DNA of 64,000 nt from Chitinophagales bacterium. Lineage in GTDB: Bacteria; Bacteroidota; Bacteroidia; Chitinophagales; UBA10324. Position 1 is the stretch's first letter. Every line of letters starts with the position of its first letter. The stretch is from assembly GCA_039810885.1 (NCBI GenBank), contig JBDHXV010000006.1, positions 12,455-76,454 on the forward strand, given 5' to 3'. A program made the translations under genes and the position numbers. The notes under the pieces are model-generated. The model saw only the letters and a program-made list of their open reading frames with translations, searched no databases and was not told where the DNA came from. Shown here one piece after another: positions 18,153-26,776 of the stretch.

Positions 18153-19675
18153 GAGTAATTTGAAATGTTGATACTATTTAAACTACTCTTTAACATAAGA
18201 ACTGTGGGTGTTCCCTGATTATTCAATTTCCCATCTGCTTTATTTATCCCAAAACCATCGTATAAATTACTTGACTGCAAGCAATGAATGGTTGTATTGG
18301 TTTGCATAGGAATACTCTTATCATTAACCGTAAGAGAGTTTATCTTAAAAGGCTCGTTACTTGTATTCTGAAAATAAATCGTAAGCTTTTTAGTGAGTCT
18401 ATCATAATATGCAGTGCAATACAAATCTTTTTTATTGCTTTTAACGTCACAGAGAATCGTATTGGAATTGAAAATAGGTTGTATAAGTTGATGTGCATAG
18501 TAAGGTGTTTTTCGAATATATGGGTCGGCAGCAAGGTCTGTGTAGGTTTCACGTTCTGTTTTATCCATAATCATACAAGTTCCATAGATATCACCTGCAA
18601 GAGTTTGATAGGTGGCTATTGTAATCTGATGTTCGTTTTTATTGTTAATTACGTTTATGGCATCATAAAATCGGGAGATAAACATGTTGAGCAGGAGCGT
18701 GTTTCCATAACGTCCTTCTGTTGATTTAGTTGCAAGATTCCATTCTGTAATCCAGAAGGAACGTGATTTCCCAAATACATCACGGTACATATTGATAGAA
18801 GTTGGGAAAGTGTATCCCGTAATATTTTGTATTTCATCCAAAGCGCAATCAAACATGGAATTTACACTGCCGGAGCAATCTAATGGAAAATAAAAATGCA
18901 GTACGACCGCATCGTAAAAATTCTCTTTGGCTAATTGTTGATTCCAATCTGCGAAATAAGCAGCTTCACTGCCGCTAGGTGGGTTTTCATCAGCAATATC
19001 TCTGATGGGTGCCCCGCATACAGCTACCGGCATGTTGGGATATTCTTGTTTGATTTTTTGTACAAGTGCTTTTGCGCGTGCAATATATTGACGTACATCA
19101 TTATTAAACACACCACGCATACGAGGAAGGTATAACTCATTACCTAATTCTACACCACAAACAGGAACATTTTTACTTTTAAAATATTTAAGAAGTGATA
19201 TAGTTTCATTATCATCTGCAGTAACGAGATTAGCACAAACCAATACTTTTGAATGACTTTGTAAGGCAAGGCTAACAAAGTCATCAATATAGTGTGTGCT
19301 ATTAGATTTCTCATCTACGTATGCATTTTGTTTTTGAAGATTCTCTGCATAACCCGGATGTATAGATTTGATCTCACCTTGATTTAATCCATATCCCGCT
19401 TTATTCCAATGGTAAAATTGTGCCAGCGTTCCTCCGGGCCAGCGTAACACATTCATGTGAAGGGAGTCCACAAGGGATGTGAATTTAGTTGTTGTTGCAT
19501 CCGTTTGCCAATACATTGATGAGGTAGAAACTCCATACACCAAAGGTTCTATAGGAACACCCTGTTCGGGTATGCTTATACTTATATTTAATGGTGTTGA
19601 ATTTTTATTTTGATTTTGTATGCAAGCAGGTATCGCAAGCAACAAATAGAGCATAAAATTAAGATAACCGAACAT
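18125..19675 (-). CDS. clan GH-A (TIM-barrel) glycoside hydrolase-like protein, probable lipoprotein
   Basis: The signal peptide ends in AIPAC. LRWPGGTLAQFYHW, the acid/base-type motif GVELGNELY and the nucleophile-type motif FWITEWN are present, followed by a C-terminal beta-rich region. The GH family (30/39/51/79-like) is not resolvable by eye. Confidence 0.6.
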   Translation of the reverse strand: MFGYLNFMLYLLLAIPACIQNQNKNSTPLNISISIPEQGVPIEPLVYGVSTSSMYWQTDATTTKFTSLVDSLHMNVLRWPGGTLAQFYHWNKAGYGLNQGEIKSIHPGYAENLQKQNAYVDEKSNSTHYIDDFVSLALQSHSKVLVCANLVTADDNETISLLKYFKSKNVPVCGVELGNELYLPRMRGVFNNDVRQYIARAKALVQKIKQEYPNMPVAVCGAPIRDIADENPPSGSEAAYFADWNQQLAKENFYDAVVLHFYFPLDCSGSVNSMFDCALDEIQNITGYTFPTSINMYRDVFGKSRSFWITEWNLATKSTEGRYGNTLLLNMFISRFYDAINVINNKNEHQITIATYQTLAGDIYGTCMIMDKTERETYTDLAADPYIRKTPYYAHQLIQPIFNSNTILCDVKSNKKDLYCTAYYDRLTKKLTIYFQNTSNEPFKINSLTVNDKSIPMQTNTTIHCLQSSNLYDGFGINKADGKLNNQGTPTVLMLKSSLNSINISNYSCGYLQVPL

Positions 19676-20948
19676 GGCTTTCGTATTTTTTGAAGTAATA
19701 AATAATCATTATGAAGAAAAGAGTAACTGACGGCCCGGAGGCAAAGAATATATAACCGCTGAAAATACTCCTGAGATAATAATAAAGCAGGAAGTACTTG
19801 ATGTGGGTGTATAAAAGCGGCTGCGAATCGAACTTATACCTTCGCATCCATCTGAACATATATATAAACTGAATATGCACGAGCAAGAACCCAATGACTC
19901 CATATACAAAAAAGACACCAACAATCCCCAAATCGCTGGGAAAAAACTTTTCAACTAAAGAAAGATTTCCACCCCAGTTATCACTCCACTTGCCATTTCC
20001 GAATATCCAGGCCGAAGGGTGTTGCGAGGCAAACTTATTCATCGTGAGTAATTCGGAAAGACGCGAATCGGCGCTACCTTCACCTGTTTCTTCACCTTGA
20101 ATAACATCAATAAAATTTCCATATTGCCCGATAAGAGTATTAAATTTTTGTGGAGAAATAAGAAACAAACCTCCCAATGCGACAAGAAAGATTGCTGCAG
20201 ACAGGCTGATATATTGAGTAAAACGTTTTGCTGTGGTGTTGAAGATTAGAATAAGAAAGAAGATAATTGCGGTAGTGATAACGATACCGCGCTTTTGTAA
20301 AAAGAAAAGGAAGTAAGCAAAGAATAAAGCACTTGCTATAAGCCAAATATTTTGTTTCATTCGAATTGCCTTAATGAAATAAAATAACATGGCATATCCA
20401 AGAAAGAAATTATTAAACTTAAATCCGCATCCGCCTTTAGCTTCATTACAGTAAACGAAACTGCTTCCGCGAAATTTGCCCGCATCAAAAACAACTTCCG
20501 CACCGATATAAAGAACAAGGCTAACCCAGGCAACGCCGAGCATTAGACGATGTATCTCTGTTAAGCTTATAAATTTATTTGTTAAGAAATAAAATACGAC
20601 AAGGCTTCCTAGTCCTATAAACCAAAACTTTTGTGTTGTAAACCCATTAATTAACGGTTGTCCCCAATATAATTTGGCCATTACAGCAGAATATAAAGGT
20701 ATTCCAAAACTCATCGAGAGCACCAGCATATCAATAGCATCAAGCCGTTGCGTTTGTAAAAGCTTATTTAGAAGATATATAACAATAAAAAGCATAACCG
20801 TTACAGTAAATAACTGTTCAACGTTTGTGATATAGTCTGCAAGAGGCGAATTAGTAAAATACTGAAAACTAATAAGCAATATCAACAGCGTTATAATTTG
20901 ATAAGCGGCTTTGCGCAACAGAATGAATTCGCTTTGTTCAGAAATCAT
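19659..20948 (-). CDS. wzy: O-antigen polymerase/ligase-like (Wzy-type) membrane protein
   Basis: 429 aa with about 10 or more TM segments. One large loop (GEETGEGSADSRLSELL...HPSAWIFGNGKW) is typical of the Wzy_C/O-antigen ligase family. Confidence 0.7.
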   Translation of the reverse strand: MISEQSEFILLRKAAYQIITLLILLISFQYFTNSPLADYITNVEQLFTVTVMLFIVIYLLNKLLQTQRLDAIDMLVLSMSFGIPLYSAVMAKLYWGQPLINGFTTQKFWFIGLGSLVVFYFLTNKFISLTEIHRLMLGVAWVSLVLYIGAEVVFDAGKFRGSSFVYCNEAKGGCGFKFNNFFLGYAMLFYFIKAIRMKQNIWLIASALFFAYFLFFLQKRGIVITTAIIFFLILIFNTTAKRFTQYISLSAAIFLVALGGLFLISPQKFNTLIGQYGNFIDVIQGEETGEGSADSRLSELLTMNKFASQHPSAWIFGNGKWSDNWGGNLSLVEKFFPSDLGIVGVFFVYGVIGFLLVHIQFIYMFRWMRRYKFDSQPLLYTHIKYFLLYYYLRSIFSGYIFFASGPSVTLFFIMIIYYFKKYESHVRLS

Positions 20949-20958
20949 TTTTTACAAA

Positions 20959-21900
20959 CTACAATGAATTTATTCTTTTGCCAAAGATAACTCGGAGTAC
21001 CAAAAAGGCGTGGCGTGCCTTTCCTTGAATCAATCGTTTTATGAAAATCATAGCTAGCCGGATATAGGCAATGGGCAATAGAATGGGAAAGTGCTTTGTA
21101 TATAATCGAATCAAATTGCCGTATTGCAATATCAATACATGATCGGGTGCATCTTGCATTTTTATTTTTTTACCACTCGATGCTCCTTGGAGATGATAGA
21201 CGACAGCTTGGGTACACGTATAGTTTGTGAAGCCGCTTTTCTCCGCACGAATGCACCAATCGTGTTCTTCTTGATAAAGAAGAAATGACTCATCCATTAA
21301 TCCGACAGTGGTAATAAACCTTTTACTGAAAAACATACAGGCGCCATACACGTAGCTGGGTTTAAAAAGAAGCGGGTATTGTCCGCTATCCGTTTCGAAT
21401 GCACCTATATTTCGCTGCCAGGCCGTCCATTTATTAAAGTATCCGCCAACAGAATTTATTGCAGATCGAGTGCCGCTAAAGAGAACCTTAGCTCCAAGAA
21501 TCCCACAATCGTTGATGGAGACATAGGTCGTTAGCAACTGTTGGATACAATGCAGTTGTGTGGTGCAATCATTATTTAAAATCATTAGAAACACTGCATC
21601 AGAATTATTTATTGCAATTTGAATTCCACGGTTTGCAGCAGCAGCATAACCAAGATTACTTAACATTTGACACCATAGAATACCTTGACGGCGTATCTCG
21701 ACCTCGATCGGTACTTGTTTGAAAAATTGGATATGGTTGTAATCACTTTTGAGTTCAGACTCGGATACGTTCGATGCATTGTCGCAAACAATTATGCTTA
21801 CAGGATAAGAAGACGCTAATAATGAATTAATGCAATTCCTGGTGTTAGTATAATCTCCAAAGTGAACTACTATACAACAAACAGAAGTTGCGTTATCCAT
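20959..21900 (-). CDS. glycosyltransferase family 2
   Basis: It has the N-terminal GT-A fold pattern CCIVVHFGD...IIVCDNAS...GYAAAANRG...ILNNDC and a DxD-like region. Confidence 0.8.
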   Translation of the reverse strand: MDNATSVCCIVVHFGDYTNTRNCINSLLASSYPVSIIVCDNASNVSESELKSDYNHIQFFKQVPIEVEIRRQGILWCQMLSNLGYAAAANRGIQIAINNSDAVFLMILNNDCTTQLHCIQQLLTTYVSINDCGILGAKVLFSGTRSAINSVGGYFNKWTAWQRNIGAFETDSGQYPLLFKPSYVYGACMFFSKRFITTVGLMDESFLLYQEEHDWCIRAEKSGFTNYTCTQAVVYHLQGASSGKKIKMQDAPDHVLILQYGNLIRLYTKHFPILLPIAYIRLAMIFIKRLIQGKARHAFLVLRVIFGKRINSL

Positions 21901-22838
21901 TATTTAATCCAGTGATTTAATGAATAGCCTGTAAGGACTGATGTTTTATGAATATCCTCAATAAAGTAAGGCATTAAAGCTGCATAATCAGCATCAGTTA
22001 GTATAGGTAAATTCTTCTTCTCATAAGCCAATTGTCGCAACCGATGGCGTAGTTCATCGGGGATTATCCGGAATATCTTTCGTTTAAAATCCTTTTTGCG
22101 ATTTAACCACTTAAAGAAAAAATTCCTCGGTAATGCTGCAGTATTGTATTTTTTCTCGGTATTAAAATGAAATGAAGTTAATCCGGTAAATATTCGTATT
22201 TCTTCTATGATTTGCAAGGTGTTCCTGACATAATCATCGTACATAATAATTTTTACTTGTTCTTTTGGAAAGAGGTCTAAATATCGTTTGATAGAATCAG
22301 CATAAGTACTGAGTTCTACATATAAATGTGAAATACCCCATCCTTTGTATTCTTTCCGAACATCTCTCTGAACCTCTTGAATAAAGGACAAATTGCTATT
22401 GTGTTCACTTTTTAGATCCATAACATAATGTGAAAATGCACGCTCTACGGGTTGTCTGATTATTATAATAATACGTGCATTAGGATTTTTATCAAAGATG
22501 TTTTGGGCGGCCACTTTGCTATATAGGTAAGAAACGGAACTGTCAATAGTTAAAAGCCCTTGTGTGTTCTTATATAATTTTAAATAATCGGCTTCTTTAC
22601 GAATATAAGATGAATGGATAATACGGTTATTTGCAATAGCTTGGTCTATATCTTTTATTTTATAATAGTTAAAATCACTTGAAAAATTTTCAATGTCTAT
22701 ATCATTCGAAAAGAAATGAGGCTCTTTAATAACGGAACGCATTACACCCGGATGCTGCATCAGATATGCATAAAGTGAACTCGTACCTGTTTTAGGTGCT
22801 CCTACTATAAATAAATCCGGCCAAATATTTACGTTCAT
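21900..22838 (-). CDS. PAPS-dependent sulfotransferase domain protein (copy 2)
   Basis: It has a 5'-PSB-like loop LFIVGAPKTGTSSLYAYL and a 3'-PB-like motif IIRQPVERAFSHY. It is a paralog of 17232..18152. Confidence 0.8.
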   Translation of the reverse strand: MNVNIWPDLFIVGAPKTGTSSLYAYLMQHPGVMRSVIKEPHFFSNDIDIENFSSDFNYYKIKDIDQAIANNRIIHSSYIRKEADYLKLYKNTQGLLTIDSSVSYLYSKVAAQNIFDKNPNARIIIIIRQPVERAFSHYVMDLKSEHNSNLSFIQEVQRDVRKEYKGWGISHLYVELSTYADSIKRYLDLFPKEQVKIIMYDDYVRNTLQIIEEIRIFTGLTSFHFNTEKKYNTAALPRNFFFKWLNRKKDFKRKIFRIIPDELRHRLRQLAYEKKNLPILTDADYAALMPYFIEDIHKTSVLTGYSLNHWIK

Positions 22839-24178
22839 CGCTTAAAAATTTGATTTAACATTTTGTAGTTAAATGTGAAGAACCCAAACTGCCAGCGTAT
22901 AATGCTCACAGCAGCAATATTAGGGATTAAAATGCCGAGTAAACTTAGAATAGCTGCGCCGTTAATGCCATATTGAGGTATGAAGTGCCAACCTAATAAT
23001 GCACAGACAATATTATTAAATACAGAAATATATAGCACAATACGTTGCTTATTAATCATTAACAATAAATTATTCGCAGGCCCCATGGTAGAATTAAAAA
23101 ACTGGCCCATACACATTAACCACATCGCCTCCTTTCCACTGCTGAATTCCTTCCCGAACAGATGCAGTATAAAACCGGGAAAAAGAATTAATACAAGAAA
23201 AATAGGAAGGGAAGTCCAGAAGATAAGAGTTGTAGTTTTTTGAACGGTATGCCTTAACTCATCGAGCTTTTGCTGTTTAAATAACTCTGCGAAATGGGGA
23301 GCAGCAGCAACAATTGTAGAAAAAAGTGTAAATGAAATTATTGAACTTACCTTCTGAGACGCTTTGAAGATGCCGACAGACTCTTCTGAAAAAAAACGCC
23401 CGAGAATAACAGCCTCCGTTGCATTGCGTAAGTAACTCATTAATCCGACTACAAAAAAAGTAAGCGATACACTAATCAATGAACTCCACGAAACAGACAC
23501 CTTAACCATCTGTGCCTGAAAAAATTTTCGATACCAAATGAAAGCGAGCATTAAAGTAATTAAACATGCAATTGCATAAGCCACAGCCACAACTTCCGGA
23601 TTCCGATAAATCCAAAATACACTAAGAATGAAAATGAGCGTAAACAGCAATAATGAAATTTGCTGTATAAAATTGAATTCGCGAAAATGCTTTTTCCCTT
23701 TTAAATAGGAGGCATAAATATTAATATGAACTAAAGGCAAAATACAAAAAGCTGCAATTTTAAAATAGAAAGTCAAATGAGGTTTATTAAAGTAATCTCT
23801 TGCTATTGTACTTGCAAAAACAAATAAAAGAATGCCCAGAAGCAATGAGGTTACAGCCGTAAGTCTAACCGCCGCATGATATTTACTTCTTAAAGCACCC
23901 AACTCATTTTCAGAATGACTTCGAGCACTTTCACGCATCATCAATACATCGAAGCCCAAGCGGGCAGATTGTGTAAAAAATTGCAACACGGCTTGAAATA
24001 AACTATAGGCACCATAGCCCGCTGCACCAAATAATCGGCTGATAGTTAGTACCAAACCATAATTAATGGCTTGTCCTGTGATTCTTAGAACCAAAGAAAT
24101 CAAGCTACCTTTTAGTAGATTCTGATAAGCACTGGCATCACCTCTTAAGAATGAAATTGCCTTTTTGACAAACCCCAC
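22835..24178 (-). CDS. wzx: polysaccharide flippase (Wzx, MOP superfamily)
   Basis: 447 aa with about 12 or more TM segments and a GTG start. It is the first gene of the operon and overlaps the next gene by 4 nt. Confidence 0.75.
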   Translation of the reverse strand: MGFVKKAISFLRGDASAYQNLLKGSLISLVLRITGQAINYGLVLTISRLFGAAGYGAYSLFQAVLQFFTQSARLGFDVLMMRESARSHSENELGALRSKYHAAVRLTAVTSLLLGILLFVFASTIARDYFNKPHLTFYFKIAAFCILPLVHINIYASYLKGKKHFREFNFIQQISLLLFTLIFILSVFWIYRNPEVVAVAYAIACLITLMLAFIWYRKFFQAQMVKVSVSWSSLISVSLTFFVVGLMSYLRNATEAVILGRFFSEESVGIFKASQKVSSIISFTLFSTIVAAAPHFAELFKQQKLDELRHTVQKTTTLIFWTSLPIFLVLILFPGFILHLFGKEFSSGKEAMWLMCMGQFFNSTMGPANNLLLMINKQRIVLYISVFNNIVCALLGWHFIPQYGINGAAILSLLGILIPNIAAVSIIRWQFGFFTFNYKMLNQIFKR

Positions 24179-24427
24179 GATACAATATTATTGTGGGGTA
24201 AAAATCAATAATCTTAGATTTTTTTACTAAAAGAAAAACACACGCAGAATTACATCATCCATCTTGTACAAAGCAACCTGCTCATTATTAGAAAAGAAAT
24301 AACCCTTTTTTTTGCAAATTCTCATACAGGACAGTTCAATATCGCTTGCGATGAAAGTTCCACCTTGTAAATCTAATTGATGCAATAATCAGCTCATAAA
24401 AGGCTAAAATCACTCTTAAAATTCAAG

Positions 24428-24435
24428 TAGGTTTG
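24428..24435 (+). promoter_or_regulatory. candidate Bacteroidota -7 promoter box (TAGGTTTG matches TAnnTTTG)
   Basis: An exact consensus match lies 24 nt upstream of the thiolase ATG. No clear -33 TTG is present. Confidence 0.3.
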
Positions 24436-24458
24436 TGCTATCAAAATAAATCTACTCG

Positions 24459-25634
24459 ATGAAAGAAGTTTATATTATGTCTATTTCGCGTACGCCGATA
24501 GGAGCATTGAGCGGTGCATTATCGTCACTGACAGCTCCACAATTAGGTAGTATTGCGGCAACGGAGGCCATAAAACGTGCCGGCATTGAGCCATCACAAG
24601 TTCAAGAGGTTGTTATGGGTAATGTACTTAGTGCGAATATCGGACAGGCTCCTGCGCAGCAAGTGGCTGTGTTTACCGGCATTCCGAATACGGTCCCCTG
24701 CACTACCGTAAATAAAGTATGTGCCTCCGGAATGAAGGCCATTATGTTGGGTGCACAAAGCATAATCATGGGTCACGCAGATATTGTATTGGCAGGAGGC
24801 ATGGAAAGCATGAGCAATGTCCCTTATTATTTAGACCGTGCACGAAACGGATATCGTTACGGTCACCAACAAGTTATCGATGGCATAATTAAGGATGGAT
24901 TATGGGATCCTTATAAAAATTATGCAATGGGCAATGCCGGGGAGCTCTGTGCTAAAGAATATAACTTTAGCAGAAAAGATCAAGATGATTATGCCATAGA
25001 ATCATATAATCGTGCTATTAAGGCACAGAAGGAGGGGTGGTTCAATTTGGAAATTACACCGGTAGAAGTAATGCAGGGTAAAGAGAAAATTACAATCAGC
25101 ATGGATGAAGAACCCGGTAAAGTTAAGTTTGACAAGATCCCAACCTTAAAACCTGCGTTTGATAAAGAAGGAACGATTACAGCAGCAAACGCTTCTAAAA
25201 TTAATGACGGAGCCTCGGCCGTAATTCTAATGAGTGCTGAAAAAGCAAAAGCATTAGGTCTAAAGCCAATGTCACGCATACTTGGCTTTGCAGATGCTTC
25301 TCAGGCTCCGGAATGGTTTACAACCACTCCTTCTAAGGCTATCCCTCTGGCCTTGCAACGTGCAGGAAAGCAACTTAGCGATGTGGACTATTATGAAATC
25401 AACGAAGCATTTTCGGTTGTGAGCATGGTAAATAATAAACTAATGAATATCCCCGACAACAAAGCCAATATCTTTGGTGGGGCTGTTTCTCTAGGGCATC
25501 CGATAGGTAACAGCGGAGCCCGCATCGTTTGTACACTAACGTCTGTGCTTAAACATAAAAATGCAAAAATCGGGGCTGCCGGTATATGCAACGGAGGTGG
25601 TGGCGCTTCAGCAATTGTTATTGAAAATTTGTGA
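24459..25634 (+). CDS. acetyl-CoA C-acetyltransferase (thiolase II)
   Basis: The active-site Cys context is NKVCASGMKA. The C-terminal motifs are GGAVSLGHPIGNSGAR and GICNGGGGASA. Confidence 0.93.
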   Translation: MKEVYIMSISRTPIGALSGALSSLTAPQLGSIAATEAIKRAGIEPSQVQEVVMGNVLSANIGQAPAQQVAVFTGIPNTVPCTTVNKVCASGMKAIMLGAQSIIMGHADIVLAGGMESMSNVPYYLDRARNGYRYGHQQVIDGIIKDGLWDPYKNYAMGNAGELCAKEYNFSRKDQDDYAIESYNRAIKAQKEGWFNLEITPVEVMQGKEKITISMDEEPGKVKFDKIPTLKPAFDKEGTITAANASKINDGASAVILMSAEKAKALGLKPMSRILGFADASQAPEWFTTTPSKAIPLALQRAGKQLSDVDYYEINEAFSVVSMVNNKLMNIPDNKANIFGGAVSLGHPIGNSGARIVCTLTSVLKHKNAKIGAAGICNGGGGASAIVIENL

Positions 25635-25647
25635 TAAACAAATTATC

Positions 25648-26595
25648 ATGAAGGCGATGTGTCATCGTTATTTGTTTTCGATGTGCATTCGAACTCTGTT
25701 TCTATTGTTATTGCTCTGTGGTGTAAGAGTTAATACTTGCGCAAGTATTACACCCGATAATTTAGAGCTACTGAAAAGTTATGAGGATACACTAAATGTG
25801 TTACAAGATTCGATTATTCTCGGATCGGAACATGTAGTACGACAGCAAGCTTGCTATGATTTTATCAAAGTATTAGTTCGGGCTCTCAAAGTTGAACACT
25901 CCTTTGAGTATCCGTTTAGTTCATTGAATCGAATCGCTATTATCAAACCTAAGGATAACAAGTTCAGAATGTTTAACTGGAGTTTGAAATTATATAATGA
26001 ATCATATCGCTATTATGGAGCTATTCAAATGAATACATCGAAAGGGGTAAAAGCATACCCTCTATTCGATTACAACTATAGAATAAAAAATAAAGACACC
26101 ATTACTAATAATGAGAAATGGCCCGGAGCATTATATTACAATATGCTCGAACGGGGTGGATATTACTACTTGTTCGGTTGGGATGGCAATAATTTGCGCA
26201 GCAACATTAAATTGATTGATGTCTTGCACTTTACAAAAAAGGGAGAACCCATCTTTGGCGCACCGAAGTTTGTCGTAGCCGAAGGGAAAAAAAAGAAAAT
26301 TTATAATCGCTACATAATTGAATATAAAGAAGAAGCGGCCGTAACGTTGAATTATGATAAAGATTTGAAGATGATTATTTTCGATCATTTAGTTCCGACA
26401 AGCCCTACATCAAAGGATTTCAAATTCACTTATATTCCCGACGGCTCGTATGAAGGATTTAAGTATAAGAAGAAGCAATGGCACTATGTTTCACAGGTGT
26501 TTACTTCTACCATGAAACAACCCATATTTCCAAAGCCTGTAGATTTTAAGAAAGAACAGGAACAAATGAAAAACCCACCCAAGAAAACAAAATAA
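25648..26595 (+). CDS. hypothetical secreted protein
   Basis: ORF 25561..26595. The preferred ATG at 25648 gives a signal peptide (MKAMCHRYLFSMCIRTLFLLLLLCG). The C-terminus is Lys-rich. I recognise no family. Confidence 0.75.
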   Translation: MKAMCHRYLFSMCIRTLFLLLLLCGVRVNTCASITPDNLELLKSYEDTLNVLQDSIILGSEHVVRQQACYDFIKVLVRALKVEHSFEYPFSSLNRIAIIKPKDNKFRMFNWSLKLYNESYRYYGAIQMNTSKGVKAYPLFDYNYRIKNKDTITNNEKWPGALYYNMLERGGYYYLFGWDGNNLRSNIKLIDVLHFTKKGEPIFGAPKFVVAEGKKKKIYNRYIIEYKEEAAVTLNYDKDLKMIIFDHLVPTSPTSKDFKFTYIPDGSYEGFKYKKKQWHYVSQVFTSTMKQPIFPKPVDFKKEQEQMKNPPKKTK

Positions 26596-26776
26596 AATAC
26601 CAACTATTTTTACTCACATGTTATCCTCATGGCTTAATCACATGTTGTGAAAAGATTAGTGACTTGTTTATCAGTTATTTAGTTGAAACATCGCATCGAA
26701 GAGAAATAAAACTTTTTTTTCTTAAACACTTGCAGATACATTTAACCGTTCAAATTAAATAGTAGAAAAAGAAGTG

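Noticed and set aside
24179-24458. Possible invertible (phase-variable) promoter upstream of the polysaccharide operon, as in Bacteroides capsule loci
   Set aside because: I found no pair of 15-30 bp inverted repeats bracketing the 280-bp region, only a 6-1-6 palindrome next to the start codon. No recombinase gene is nearby.
26596-26773. DnaA-box-like sequence (TTATCCTCA) and a duplicated tcacatgtt motif upstream of dnaB, possibly an origin or regulatory site
   Set aside because: There is only a single one-mismatch DnaA box, no cluster, no AT-rich unwinding element pattern and no dnaA/dnaN nearby. This is insufficient evidence.
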